Below are positions 28,839 through 38,986 of a stretch of DNA of 64,000 bases, piece by piece; position 1 is the stretch's first letter; the number at the start of each line of letters is the position of its first letter. This stretch comes from an uncultured virus (IMG/VR IMGVR_UViG_3300027759_000081). Taxonomy: Duplodnaviria; Heunggongvirae; Uroviricota; Caudoviricetes. The notes below the pieces were generated by a model. It made no database searches and was not told where the DNA came from. It saw only the letters and a list, made by a program, of their open reading frames with translations. Position numbers and translations under genes: made by a program. Where the stretch lies: IMG/VR virus record IMGVR_UViG_3300027759_000081. One strand, 5' to 3'.

Positions 28839-30283
28839 TCGAAGAACGCTTCGATCTTATCAAGCACCTGGCGTGAGACAACCTCCTTGGCCTTAAGTGC
28901 CTGAACCACCTTAACATCGGGTGAGTTCAGGCATATAAGGTCGTAATAGGTAACTTTATTACGCTGACCAATGCGGTGGTTGCGATCCTCTGATTGGAGT
29001 CTATGCTCAAGGTTAAAGCCGTTGGAATAGTAAATCGATACAGTAGCTTCGACAAGGGTCAGGGACTTGCCGGCTACACGTGGTGAAGCAAGGAACACAG
29101 ACGTCCCAGGTATTTCTCTAAACTTTTTAATGTTGCTCTCACGCTGTTCACCCTCTACACGACCAGATACCTCGTACACCGGGCAGATACCCTTAAGAGT
29201 TTCCTGGATGATCTGCATATCCTCTTGGAAGTAACCCCATACGATAGCCTTGGTACCAGCAGGAAGATCCTCGATGAGTTGCTTAAGGCGTTCTGGCTTG
29301 TTAGACTTTACACGTTGAACGTTACCCTCATCATCCTTGCAGTGGCCGCCAGCAATCTGGAGCGTTTTAGTCAGCACACTTAAAGCATTTTCTACAGTAA
29401 CAAGACCCTGTCCGATGTTTGTCATCATGGCTTTCTTAAGCAAGTTATTATGTAGGTCCTGCTCGTCTGTAGACTCTACGTAGATTGGAGCATAGACCTT
29501 GTCAGGCAAATCAAGACAGTCTGCTTTTAAGAGCCGTGAGGAGAATGGCTGAATGCGTTTGGCCAAATCATCAAGCTCACGATAACCTACTGTCTGCATG
29601 ATCTGTCGATTGTAACCGATCTGCATGGGTTGCATGATAGAGTAGTAAGCACGGAACGAAGTAAAGCTCTTGAATCCAGTAACACCCAGCTTTAGGAACT
29701 CACACTGAGCAAACAGGTCGATGGGCGACTGTGTGATTGGGGTACCAGTAAGGATACGGCGATACTGGCAACGCTTACCGATAGCAATACACTGCTTAGT
29801 GCGACCAGCAGTAGGACTCTTGATTGTAGTAGATTCGTCCACAACCATCATAGTAGAACTGTGAGCATCACGAAACTGTTCGGTATACTTACTGCCACCC
29901 ATGTTCTTACCTGACAGTGATTCGATATTAACGATAAGAATATCGAGTACACCGGGGACAGGGACTAGGCCATTAGCTAGTTCATCCTTTTTCGCCTTTG
30001 TAGTATACGAACTCCACACTGTTACGCGCACAGGTAGATGCTCAGGCCAGTGGGTTGGGAACTCGTTTAGAATCCAGTTAAGGTAGTAACCTTTCTCTGC
30101 GGTAATGATTATTGAATCGATCTTCTCATTGACGAATAGCCATTGTGCTGTATCGATAACAACCTTTGACTTGCCAGTGCCCATCTCCCAGAAGAGAGCA
30201 TAGTACTGGTAATCGCGAGTCTGTTCGAATATATTGCGTTGATGATTAAACGGTGTTGTCTTGTATTGGAATACGTGGTCCAT
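28820..30283 (-). CDS. SNF2-family helicase
   Basis: FWEMGTGKSK Walker A, VVDES, ILTGTP, QSEDRNHRIGQ motif VI. Confidence 0.9.
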   Translation of the reverse strand: MDHVFQYKTTPFNHQRNIFEQTRDYQYYALFWEMGTGKSKVVIDTAQWLFVNEKIDSIIITAEKGYYLNWILNEFPTHWPEHLPVRVTVWSSYTTKAKKDELANGLVPVPGVLDILIVNIESLSGKNMGGSKYTEQFRDAHSSTMMVVDESTTIKSPTAGRTKQCIAIGKRCQYRRILTGTPITQSPIDLFAQCEFLKLGVTGFKSFTSFRAYYSIMQPMQIGYNRQIMQTVGYRELDDLAKRIQPFSSRLLKADCLDLPDKVYAPIYVESTDEQDLHNNLLKKAMMTNIGQGLVTVENALSVLTKTLQIAGGHCKDDEGNVQRVKSNKPERLKQLIEDLPAGTKAIVWGYFQEDMQIIQETLKGICPVYEVSGRVEGEQRESNIKKFREIPGTSVFLASPRVAGKSLTLVEATVSIYYSNGFNLEHRLQSEDRNHRIGQRNKVTYYDLICLNSPDVKVVQALKAKEVVSRQVLDKIEAFFDYQVAL

Positions 30284-30374
30284 GGTATTTAACGGGGAAT
30301 TTAAGGGGTGTGTGATGTCATTGATATTATCCCTGGTGGTCTCTAGGATTACGATAGATAATTTATCGTGGACG

Positions 30375-31928
30375 CTAGTGTCCTCTTATGATGGTGTCTA
30401 GGGGATAGTGATTAGGCGTAGAAGGATGTATAACGTAGAGAGCATTGATGGCGCGGGTAAGTGCTACATACCAGACACGTGCTTCGTCTTCTGGATTATT
30501 CTTGTACTCACGATAGGTGCGCTGTGCCATGTCCATGAACACAACCACATTTTCTGCCTGGCCGCCTTTAACTCCATGGATAGTGTTAATGCGTATGCGC
30601 GCCTCGCCAGTTAGCTTCTCACCACGCTTGAGAGCGGTAAGTAGATACTCGCGTTGGTAAGAGTCAATGCGGTCAAATGCCTCGTGCCATATTGCTGTAG
30701 TAATTAAACCGAAATCACGTTCAAGATCGAGGATGTTAATGGTACGCTCTGGATCTGCTTCTTTAAGTCTGGACTTCTTGCCATACTGCACGCCAACTCG
30801 TGATGTCATCCACTCATAAACAGATAAGACTTGAGAGACAGTAGCTATACCGCCGTTGCGTAAGCGTTCCCATACACGGATGTCAGCAAGGAGTTGAGGG
30901 TCGATTGGATTCTCGACAGAAGATTCGAACACATAACCTTTGCGCATACAAAGCTCTTGATAGGTTTTTAGCAAGTAAGAGTTACGTGCCAGTAATAGCC
31001 AAGACCCTGTACTTAAATCCAGTTGGTCGATGTCTGATATAAACTTAGCGACGCCTAGTTCTAATCTTGGCTTCCACACTTTAGACAAGCGGTTAGATAC
31101 CTGGCTAATGACTGCATTCGCACATGTTGCTATCTTAGAAGGAACACGATAGCTTTGATCAAGAACTACAGTCTTACCTACTGGCAGATTGATGAACTGG
31201 TTTACATCTGCACCAGCCCATTTAAAGATTGCTTGGTCATCGTCACCAGCAACGTATACTTCGCCAGTGTGCTCTGCTAATTTAGCAACCATGCTCCACT
31301 GGATAGGCGACAAGTCCTGTGCTTCGTCTACAAATAGAACGTCAAATGGTGGTACGTTACCGTGTTTAATAAACTGCTCGATGATGTCAGTAAAGTCCTG
31401 CTTGCCTGTCTCTAGTTTGTAGGCGTTAATAGTTTCCTGCATTTGCTGGATCTCGTACACACTTAGGTTTTCGTCAACCCAGTCAGCATGTACCTGCTGG
31501 ATAGTCTTTTCCTGGATGCGTGCAAGGTTAGCAAGGAATAACAAGCGATCGCCTTTCGTCTGTCCGTGGAAAGATCCATCGTCTTTGAGACCGCGATAGG
31601 AGATATGTAAGTTTAGAGAACGTGCAATGTTAATGTAGTCGCCTACACTCATGACCATCTTGGTAGAGTAACCGAGCTGGCGGAATGCAAAGCTATGTAG
31701 AGTTCTGAAGTAAGTAAGATCCTCGGAACTAAGACCGAACTTTTCAGCAGCACGTGTGACTGCTTCAGTAGCTGCACGCTTTGTGAAGGCGACAAAACAG
31801 ATTCTGTTAGGAGGATAATAGATCAAGCAGTCCGATAACTGCTGCATCAGGGTGGTGGTCTTACCTGTTCCAGGTGGACCGAGAAATAGCTTTACTTTGC
31901 TAGGGTTCCAATTAGATAATTGACTCAT
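30375..31928 (-). CDS. UvrD/Rep-like SF1 helicase
   Basis: GPPGTGKTT, VDEAQD, AGDDDQAI, QSYR, TIHGVKGGQAENV, YVALTRA. Start chosen at MSQLS (the track gives 31976). Confidence 0.9.
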   Translation of the reverse strand: MSQLSNWNPSKVKLFLGPPGTGKTTTLMQQLSDCLIYYPPNRICFVAFTKRAATEAVTRAAEKFGLSSEDLTYFRTLHSFAFRQLGYSTKMVMSVGDYINIARSLNLHISYRGLKDDGSFHGQTKGDRLLFLANLARIQEKTIQQVHADWVDENLSVYEIQQMQETINAYKLETGKQDFTDIIEQFIKHGNVPPFDVLFVDEAQDLSPIQWSMVAKLAEHTGEVYVAGDDDQAIFKWAGADVNQFINLPVGKTVVLDQSYRVPSKIATCANAVISQVSNRLSKVWKPRLELGVAKFISDIDQLDLSTGSWLLLARNSYLLKTYQELCMRKGYVFESSVENPIDPQLLADIRVWERLRNGGIATVSQVLSVYEWMTSRVGVQYGKKSRLKEADPERTINILDLERDFGLITTAIWHEAFDRIDSYQREYLLTALKRGEKLTGEARIRINTIHGVKGGQAENVVVFMDMAQRTYREYKNNPEDEARVWYVALTRAINALYVIHPSTPNHYPLDTIIRGH

Positions 31929-33438
31929 TCTGTTTTGGTATTTCGAAAGGAGATTTTTGAATCCATTTTTTAGCATGGATCTTATAGCAGTTAATGCCCT
32001 TGCCTTTGATATTAAAGAACACGTGTTCTGCTTTCATATCTTTTAGGATGACAGCGATCTTAGAAGACTTGAACTCGTTAAAGCGTCTTACAGTCAGGTA
32101 ATCTACGAAGTCACGTAGTCTAAAGTGGGCAAAGTCTTGGTTAATCCAGACGTTACCAGCAACAAGAATATCTTTATCACGCTCGCCGTGGCCAGATGAT
32201 TTTACATTAATGAAGTCTTCGAGGTAAGATCTAAGCATACCAGCAGGTGTGGACTCATGAGGTATGTGCACGATGTTTACTGTCTCAAGTAGTGAACCTA
32301 CAATCTCAGACCAGTTCTCACGCTTTAGTACTGGCGGCATGATATTCATTTGATCCATGCAAGCCTTTTGAAAGCGCACTGGATTCTGAAGATCATCTGT
32401 GGTTAGTTCGATACGGCCGCCGCCTTCGATGTCGATAAACCACACTGGTGGAGAGGACTCGTACTTGGTAAGTGTGCCCATAGCCGGCATACCTGTTGAA
32501 GGTCCAATGCCATACTTAACTGTGCGACACTTGTTGCGGTTACAGTATGAAGCCATGGGTTGCGATGAGCACATGTATCTGTACTCTTTCTTCTTAAGCG
32601 ACTTGATAACACCCTGCACTTCGGTAGAAGGCAAAGGTGGATCCATGAATTTATTATTAAGCTCATCTAAATCGAGTGCCCACTTATCAGGGTTTTTCAT
32701 GATGGCATAAACACCTAATTGCATCAACCCGTTATTCCTAGTACCTTCAGGAAATCCTTGATGGCATAAACAGTTTAAGCATGGAGGAGCGTCTTTACCA
32801 AGTGGATCTTTAGGTGCTGATTCATAGGCACTTAGGGTCTCAGAGTCGACCATCTTGTGCTGCACAAGTTTAAGGAACTCGCCAATGTCTTTGACAGGCG
32901 CACCTTCTTTAATTGCATAACGATCAGTGTTTGATCCACCAAAGTATGGCATGTTGATCCATGAACCGGCATCACCACGGTCTACTAATAGTTCGGATTG
33001 TTTTGGGAAAATCTCGGATCCGCCCACACCGAGTATGGAAGCGAATTCTCCGAGCCTCAGCTTCATCATAGTAGCTGGGATATAATCAGTCGTAAAACAG
33101 TACAGGTGTACACCACCTGATTTGGTTCTGCACGCTACAAGAGGTAGGCCGTGCTTGCGTACTCGAGCTTCTATAGTCTCGGGTGTTACAGCGTAGTCGT
33201 CAACATCAATGGCGCCGAACCTACACTTATTATTGGAGTTGATCGGGATTATCCCAAGACCCTGTTCTCCGTCAAGGTGTTTGCTCCATAATTCTGTAGT
33301 GGGTTCTCCTACTAATGAAGCAGCCTTGCCCTTAACTTTACCTGATTCGTCATATGAGGATTTCTTTATCATGTAAACGCCATAGGCATTTTCAAATCCT
33401 TCGAATATAGTAGCAAACTGGCTAGCGTAAGGGTGCAT
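31912..33438 (-). CDS. Archaeo-eukaryotic primase (AEP) family protein with PriCT-like domain
   Basis: GAIDVD, RTKSGGVHLY, and PPCL....GFPEGTRNNGL followed by a Cys cluster (C..QPM..YC...KC). Confidence 0.8.
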   Translation of the reverse strand: MHPYASQFATIFEGFENAYGVYMIKKSSYDESGKVKGKAASLVGEPTTELWSKHLDGEQGLGIIPINSNNKCRFGAIDVDDYAVTPETIEARVRKHGLPLVACRTKSGGVHLYCFTTDYIPATMMKLRLGEFASILGVGGSEIFPKQSELLVDRGDAGSWINMPYFGGSNTDRYAIKEGAPVKDIGEFLKLVQHKMVDSETLSAYESAPKDPLGKDAPPCLNCLCHQGFPEGTRNNGLMQLGVYAIMKNPDKWALDLDELNNKFMDPPLPSTEVQGVIKSLKKKEYRYMCSSQPMASYCNRNKCRTVKYGIGPSTGMPAMGTLTKYESSPPVWFIDIEGGGRIELTTDDLQNPVRFQKACMDQMNIMPPVLKRENWSEIVGSLLETVNIVHIPHESTPAGMLRSYLEDFINVKSSGHGERDKDILVAGNVWINQDFAHFRLRDFVDYLTVRRFNEFKSSKIAVILKDMKAEHVFFNIKGKGINCYKIHAKKWIQKSPFEIPKQNESII

Positions 33439-33481
33439 ATTACAATAAACAATAATCGGTAATAATATAGAGTGCTAATAA

Positions 33482-33510
33482 CCGGCACTGGCGAATTACA
33501 CCAGTGCCGG
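33482..33510 (-). terminator. Hairpin, probable intrinsic terminator
   Basis: Perfect 10-bp stem CCGGCACTGG / CCAGTGCCGG, downstream of the minus-strand gene ending at 33530; the U-tract is weak. Confidence 0.55.
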
Positions 33511-33529
33511 CTGCATAGCAAGGGTTTAG

Positions 33530-34312
33530 TTAGAGAATGTCTTCTTCGATATGATTGGACTGGTTACCAATCAGAAGGTTAGAGTTCTCATTGGTCTCGC
33601 GAACCGCATTAACGAGACTTGTAATAAGACTCGCTTCAGTATGAGGTTGTGGAGCAGCCTCAATCTTCCAACCACGCCACGTTCCTTTAGAGTTAGACTC
33701 CGGAATAGTGGACAGGTAATAAGCGCGTGAGTACATGGGAAGCGTATTGCCGTTAGGACCAGTGAACGTCTTCATCATGTTAAGCCACACACGAGACTTC
33801 TTAAGCTGAGTGCTAGTAAGAGTCATGAGTGCATCGCCAATCGATTCTGCACCTTGCAGAAGACGAACAAAGAAGTAAGCAGTAGTAACAATGTTATTGC
33901 CATTAGGCAGTACATCTTTACCTGTCTTCTCATCGCGCTTAGCACTGTTAAGAATGTTTGGATTGATATGGGTAGCGACGATGCCACCACCCGCGGATTT
34001 TGGACGCCATTCGAGATACACCAACTTATAGAAGTAAGGTGTCACGCGTACAGGGTCCTTGCCTTCGCTATGTAGGATCTCACGGGTTACAGTGTTGATG
34101 ATGTCACCAACCTTAACTCCAGGGATTGCCTTACTTGCGTGGTCTACGTGATCTGCATCATATTCAGCAGATCCCTTTTGTACGATTGTAAGAATTGGAA
34201 TGCCCAGATCTTGTTGACCAAGATTCTCCAGTCCGCTAGGACCTTCGTGGGATTCCCAATTATATGCTGCTACACCCTCTTGAGGGTCCGATTGTTTTGC
34301 TTGTTTTGCCAT
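33530..34312 (-). CDS. Putative single-stranded DNA-binding / replication accessory protein
   Basis: 260 aa in the replication cluster; GLENL...DL.IP.L.IVQ, STQLKKSR.W, N.KG.W.GW.I, and an acidic C-terminus (EEDIL). Confidence 0.55.
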   Translation of the reverse strand: MAKQAKQSDPQEGVAAYNWESHEGPSGLENLGQQDLGIPILTIVQKGSAEYDADHVDHASKAIPGVKVGDIINTVTREILHSEGKDPVRVTPYFYKLVYLEWRPKSAGGGIVATHINPNILNSAKRDEKTGKDVLPNGNNIVTTAYFFVRLLQGAESIGDALMTLTSTQLKKSRVWLNMMKTFTGPNGNTLPMYSRAYYLSTIPESNSKGTWRGWKIEAAPQPHTEASLITSLVNAVRETNENSNLLIGNQSNHIEEDIL

Positions 34313-34326
34313 TGTTTTGTTTTTAG

Positions 34327-34854
34327 TTAGGAGAGCTTTGTCCGGCTCCCCTGGTATACGGAGAATAATGCTTCTGGAAGTGTTTCACCCTTGCCATATA
34401 CTTCACGCACGAATGCGCCAAGCGTGGAGTGATGTACATTTTCAGATAATCTGAAACCTGGATTCTCTTGAATGAATTCAAGAGCTGAGTCACGCTCATC
34501 GCGTGTGAACTGGCGGATGGCTTCGGTCTTGATGATACCACCGTGACCGTTTTCATCTAGCCACGAGAATCCTCCGTCGAGGATTTTAGCGTAGTAGAAC
34601 GGTTTGATTTCTACCTTACGACCGTTAGTGAGTGTAAGTGATTTCATACCGAGTGCGTCCATCCTATCTGGAATAAGTTTAGTAGAGACTTGCTCTAGTT
34701 CTGCCTTGAGTTCCTTGAGTTGGTTCTCTTTTTCCTTGATGCTGTCTTCTAATTGAGATTGCCGAAGGCAAAGCTCAGTTAGTGAATTAAGTTCCTGGTC
34801 GTCTACAGGAAGGCCCGTGAGGGGATTTACGACGATGTCTAGTTGTTGCGACAT
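34327..34854 (-). CDS. Conserved phage replication-cluster hypothetical protein
   Basis: Coiled coil, IPDRMD.LGMKSLTL.NG, F.WL.ENGHGGIIK, VHHSTL.AFVRE. Confidence 0.65.
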   Translation of the reverse strand: MSQQLDIVVNPLTGLPVDDQELNSLTELCLRQSQLEDSIKEKENQLKELKAELEQVSTKLIPDRMDALGMKSLTLTNGRKVEIKPFYYAKILDGGFSWLDENGHGGIIKTEAIRQFTRDERDSALEFIQENPGFRLSENVHHSTLGAFVREVYGKGETLPEALFSVYQGSRTKLS

Positions 34855-34860
34855 AATAAT

Positions 34861-34889
34861 ACAATATACAATCGTGATAACAGAGTAAA
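34861..34889 (-). promoter_or_regulatory. Putative sigma70-type promoter
   Basis: Minus strand TTTACT-17 nt-TATTGT directly upstream of the ATG at 34854. Confidence 0.35.
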
Positions 34890-34891
34890 TA

Positions 34892-35296
34892 CTAAAGATT
34901 CATGTTAGTTAATATAGTCCAACATTCGCCTTTATAGAATTGTTTAATAGGCAAATCAAGTACCCGTAAGTAATCGCCTACAATCTCAATTTTTTCTACG
35001 GGGTTTCTGTAAATAGAACAGATCTGATTCTCTTCACAGAAGACTAACACCCAAGCTCGTCCATTTGCTCTGACATGTTTTAAACCCCACACCCTTTGCT
35101 CAGGTCTTAGCAATGGAAGTTCATCAACCTTTGTAGTAACCTTTAGTTCTAACCAGAAGCCTTGGCATCTGGGAATTTGGATATAAGTATCAGGGATTCC
35201 GTTTTTAGTAGAACTCTCAATGTTAGTTACATGAGCGCCTTTAACTGCTAAGTGGCTTTTAAGCCATGTTCTGAATTTAGTTTCTCTTACTTCCAT
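34892..35296 (-). CDS. VRR-NUC / PD-(D/E)xK nuclease (resolvase-like)
   Basis: E..F...., GIPD...FWLELK....LRPEQ..W. Confidence 0.75.
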   Translation of the reverse strand: MEVRETKFRTWLKSHLAVKGAHVTNIESSTKNGIPDTYIQIPRCQGFWLELKVTTKVDELPLLRPEQRVWGLKHVRANGRAWVLVFCEENQICSIYRNPVEKIEIVGDYLRVLDLPIKQFYKGECWTILTNMNL

Positions 35297-37197
35297 GATG
35301 TGCCGTAATCTAGATCTACTTTAATAGGAACAGATATGTCAACGCAGGTTTCCATACACCGTTTAATAGCTTGCGCTTCTTCCTCGCTTGATACAGGGTA
35401 GTTAAGCTCGTCATGAACTTGCATATAAGGTATATGCCCTAGTTCGTTAAACACTTTAAGCATGGCAAACTTAGTCATGTCTGCCGCAGATCCTTGGATC
35501 AGTGCGTTAAGTGCCTTGCGTGTATCAGCACGACGTATTGCTACGCCTTTCCACTTTTCTAGTGCTAACTCACGAGTATCTACTGGCCAGCAATCGTCAG
35601 CAACTTTACATGCAGCACCGAAGTTAGCGGGTTCCCACATGTTAAAGTGTCGACGACGACCAGACAGGGTCTTAATGAACCCACGATTTTGAGCGGCTTG
35701 CTCGCACTTTTCTCCTAGTTGTTTAACGAATGGAACGTGCAGGTCGAATTGATCAAGGATGGCACGAGCTTTGATATGGTCACAGCGGAGTTTGGCTGCA
35801 AGTTTGTCGATGCCCATACCATAGCATCTTCCGAGGTAAAGATCTTTTGCCTGAGGTCGTTCGACAGAGGCGAGTTGGACCATAAGATTGTAGAAGTCCT
35901 GGTCAGGATTATCTCGGTAGACTTGGGCTGCATCAGCCGCGCCGGGCAAGCCCATTCTCTCAGCAAAACCGATGAGAATTCTAGGCTCCTGCTGCGAGTA
36001 ATCGAGCTTGGCCCACGACGATCCACTAGGAGCACAGAATAATCCTCTAATACGTTTACCCGACTTAGATCTGGAAGGGACCTGTTGCGGATTTGGATTT
36101 GAAGCTGCCATACGCCCAGTCCTAGTTCCTCCATCATCAGAAGCCAGCTGCTTCCATTGTGGGTGAACCCATCCATTGATTTGATTTCCGACAATCCAAC
36201 CGTCAATGAATGTCGAAGCAAGTCGATTATACTCTCGAGCGTCCCGGACTTTCTTGAGGAACGGGAAGCTGCTTCCTTCAAGGAACTCTTTAGTAAATGA
36301 AGGATTGCCTTTTGGTGTGGTAGGATACTGCAATCCGTGGTGGTCGCAATAGATTTTAAGGGAGACTCCGCTCCAGATATCGAGGCGCGGGAGACCGGCG
36401 CCGTAATCCTCAGCAAGGTGTTCAGTGATAATATTTTCTTTAGCATAATACTCTTTTGATAATTGTCGCGCTGCTTCTACATCTACAGGGATGCCGCGCA
36501 GTCGCATTTCCCATAGTATTGGCTGAATTGCCAGTTCCAATTGAAGTACTTCATCAAGACCCTGTTCACGGATCTCTTTCATTTGGTGGTGCCAGATATG
36601 GACGGGTGCCCATGCATCCCATTCGGCGTATGCACCTACGTAGATAGGACTTAGCATCCACAATCCGCCTTTAGGATCTACACCGAAGTCTTTAGCTGCT
36701 TCATTAAGCTTTTCTTCGTCTTTAGTCTGGCCGAGTCGACGTCGTGCAATCTCTTCGAGTGACGCAGGTTTTTCTTCGTCAATGAGTGGCTCAGCAATCT
36801 GTATGTCGAAGATCTTTGCTTTGCAAGTAATACCGAGCGACCAGATAGCTTCACGCTCATACATCGTGTTGGCTCCTACAAGGGTCTTGGAGGTATCACC
36901 GACTATAGATTCTAAGAACTTGAGGCATGATTCGCGAGGCATTTGATGTTGCTTGCCATACTCATGGTCAAACGGGAAATACCAGCTGGCATCACCTGTT
37001 GACATGGAGAACCCGACCACCTTGGCATCACCTCGTATGAAGCCTGGACCCTTAGATTTAAGATGTGGATCCTTAGTCTCGACGTCAAAGCCGATTAGAT
37101 CTACGTTATTAATGTTAGGAAACTCTTTTGGACAACGCCATTCTGATGGTGGTTCCCATAAAGGCATTTGCCCTGGTATGTCTTTGTGTTTACGCAT
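35287..37197 (-). CDS. polA: Family A DNA polymerase with 3'-5' exonuclease domain
   Basis: Exo I FDVET, YAEWDA, TGRMAASNPNPQQVP, motif A DYSQQEPR, motif B RPQAKDLYLGRCYGMG, motif C QVHDEL. Confidence 0.93.
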   Translation of the reverse strand: MRKHKDIPGQMPLWEPPSEWRCPKEFPNINNVDLIGFDVETKDPHLKSKGPGFIRGDAKVVGFSMSTGDASWYFPFDHEYGKQHQMPRESCLKFLESIVGDTSKTLVGANTMYEREAIWSLGITCKAKIFDIQIAEPLIDEEKPASLEEIARRRLGQTKDEEKLNEAAKDFGVDPKGGLWMLSPIYVGAYAEWDAWAPVHIWHHQMKEIREQGLDEVLQLELAIQPILWEMRLRGIPVDVEAARQLSKEYYAKENIITEHLAEDYGAGLPRLDIWSGVSLKIYCDHHGLQYPTTPKGNPSFTKEFLEGSSFPFLKKVRDAREYNRLASTFIDGWIVGNQINGWVHPQWKQLASDDGGTRTGRMAASNPNPQQVPSRSKSGKRIRGLFCAPSGSSWAKLDYSQQEPRILIGFAERMGLPGAADAAQVYRDNPDQDFYNLMVQLASVERPQAKDLYLGRCYGMGIDKLAAKLRCDHIKARAILDQFDLHVPFVKQLGEKCEQAAQNRGFIKTLSGRRRHFNMWEPANFGAACKVADDCWPVDTRELALEKWKGVAIRRADTRKALNALIQGSAADMTKFAMLKVFNELGHIPYMQVHDELNYPVSSEEEAQAIKRCMETCVDISVPIKVDLDYGTSWK

Positions 37198-37360
37198 TTG
37201 CTTTGTTACGATGGTAGTAATCTTTTAGATATTGTAACCGATGAACGTGGTTTTTAAAGTGGTTTTCTTTGCTGCGTGCTTTAGTACAGTCCATGCATTC
37301 TACACGACCTTCATAGGCACGCTTATAGTCACGACATTTATGGCAATAGATTATTCTCAT
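37190..37360 (-). CDS. Small zinc-finger protein (56 aa, not in the ORF track)
   Basis: Translated by hand: MRIIYCHKCRDYKRAYEGRVECMDCTKARS...; CxxC-x12-CxxC. ATGA overlap with the ligase stop, and its own stop overlaps the polA start. Confidence 0.6.
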   Translation of the reverse strand: MRIIYCHKCRDYKRAYEGRVECMDCTKARSKENHFKNHVHRLQYLKDYYHRNKANA

Positions 37361-38187
37361 TTATCTGTTCGTATTCCTTTGTAGATTGGGAAGCGTGGTA
37401 TGCCGTCTTTCGATAACTCGAAATACTTTACGGTAATTTTCTGGCCTATGAAATAATGCGGTGAAACTGATCTCTCATGATCGTTAAGTCCTGAACCAGC
37501 AGTAAACGTCTTCTCAGCAGTATCTCCTACTGCAAGAACTAAGGCACCGATCATTCCATTATACTTGCCTTTACCGTTTTCGATACCGACGCAGGTATAT
37601 TCTGCTTCATGGAAGTCTTTCATCTTTAGTAGATGCGATGACCGCTTTTGCTCATACATGGACTGTGGATTCTTGAGCATAATACCTTCACCACCTTGGC
37701 GAGTGATTTCGTTATGCCAGTTACTAAGTTCGTCCAAGCATTTCACAATGTCTTGTTCGACATGAATAAGATGCGGGATGTCAGCGTCTTCAATCATCAT
37801 CCTAAGATCGTCGTTGCGAATTGCAAACGAGTCTCTTTCAGAAATGAGATCGAAAACGTGGAACTCAATACCCCACCACTCATCACCGTGTCGACGAACA
37901 ATTCCACTGCACTCGTTGAAGCGTCCCCGGCTAATATAAAGTTCTCCGTCCAGGAACCTTCCGTGTAAGGGAAGCTTTTCCAGCGAGGCAGTAAAATGGT
38001 AAGGAGCATCAAGACGATTTCCGTTTCGTGTCCAAAATGATTTACCATCGAAGATGGCACGGACTCCATCGAGTTTTTCTGAGGCATACCAACCGATAAC
38101 ATTGTGTTTATCAGGTAAGTACTTTTTAGCGAGCATTGGTGAGACCATATAATATCCAGGGGTGTAGTGTTGAGAATCCAGTATCAT
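37357..38187 (-). CDS. ATP-dependent DNA ligase (minimal type)
   Basis: SEKLDGVRA adenylation motif, LDGEL, FDL, GGEGIMLK, LLKMK, and C-terminal OB domain ending PRFP.Y. Confidence 0.9.
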   Translation of the reverse strand: MILDSQHYTPGYYMVSPMLAKKYLPDKHNVIGWYASEKLDGVRAIFDGKSFWTRNGNRLDAPYHFTASLEKLPLHGRFLDGELYISRGRFNECSGIVRRHGDEWWGIEFHVFDLISERDSFAIRNDDLRMMIEDADIPHLIHVEQDIVKCLDELSNWHNEITRQGGEGIMLKNPQSMYEQKRSSHLLKMKDFHEAEYTCVGIENGKGKYNGMIGALVLAVGDTAEKTFTAGSGLNDHERSVSPHYFIGQKITVKYFELSKDGIPRFPIYKGIRTDK

Positions 38188-38986
38188 AAAGCAATTCGTT
38201 ATTTGCTTTATCTATCCTTGAATATAGCACCCTCTGAAAGTTCAGGGAATCTCCAAGAGACGTGCACAGGCTCTTTAAATTTATCTTCGCCTCTGGATCC
38301 GGTGTAGGTGTATACTGCTCTGAAGAAATTACAGATTTGGCCTTCTCTAGATCCTTAAAGTAGATATGGCGAGATGCAGCGGTGTGGTGCATGTAACCAA
38401 TCTCATACAGTTTACCGGTACGGGCATACAATTCAATTGCAACCTGAATGGTAAGCATAGTCATTGTAACTACATCGTAAGGAGCACCTAACCACAGATC
38501 GTTAGAGCGCATAGTAACAAATGTCTGGATACGCTCATCACGAATCATGAATTGTACGCTTAACGTGCAGGGTATATCTTTTGAAGGGCCAGGACGCTCG
38601 CGCCAGATGTTGATAACAGATTGACGGGAGTAAGGATCATTGATTAAGCAATCTACTGCATAACAGATCTGATCGATAATCTTAGGACCGTAGGCGCCAG
38701 TCAAACGAATGCCGTCGTCAGAGAATTTCTTATATGACGGAGCAAACTCAAGAAGCATATCGACCCTGTTCTCGCCGGCAAGTATCCACCATGCCTCAGC
38801 GAACATAAAGTCATAAGAGATCCTACGTCCAGGAACCGTGAGAAAAGGCTTCGACATCGGAAAGCAGGCTGTATCGCCGAGAAGTTCCTTAGTCTTATTT
38901 CCACGGACTTCTACGTCATTACCTACACGAACTAATGTTCCGAGCATTTCTAACCAATAATTATTGAATGAGGAGTATAGCTTCAT
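38126..38986 (-). CDS. Thymidylate-synthase-fold enzyme, dCMP (hydroxy)methylase type
   Basis: SDDG...GAYG, SRQSVI.IW, catalytic DIPCT, MRSNDLWLGAPYD (Asp where ThyA has the dUMP-specifying Asn), SRHIY. Confidence 0.8.
   Translation of the reverse strand: MKLYSSFNNYWLEMLGTLVRVGNDVEVRGNKTKELLGDTACFPMSKPFLTVPGRRISYDFMFAEAWWILAGENRVDMLLEFAPSYKKFSDDGIRLTGAYGPKIIDQICYAVDCLINDPYSRQSVINIWRERPGPSKDIPCTLSVQFMIRDERIQTFVTMRSNDLWLGAPYDVVTMTMLTIQVAIELYARTGKLYEIGYMHHTAASRHIYFKDLEKAKSVISSEQYTPTPDPEAKINLKSLCTSLGDSLNFQRVLYSRIDKANNELLYDTGFSTLHPWILYGLTNAR

Noticed and set aside
35715..36446. 243-aa alternative-frame ORF inside polA
   Set aside because: Ser/Leu/Arg-rich off-frame translation with no motif; polA is intact in its own frame, so no intron or frameshift is needed.
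38126..38986. Ordinary thymidylate synthase (thyA)
   Set aside because: It has Asp at the substrate-specifying Asn position and DIPCT instead of LPPCH, so the gene symbol is withheld.
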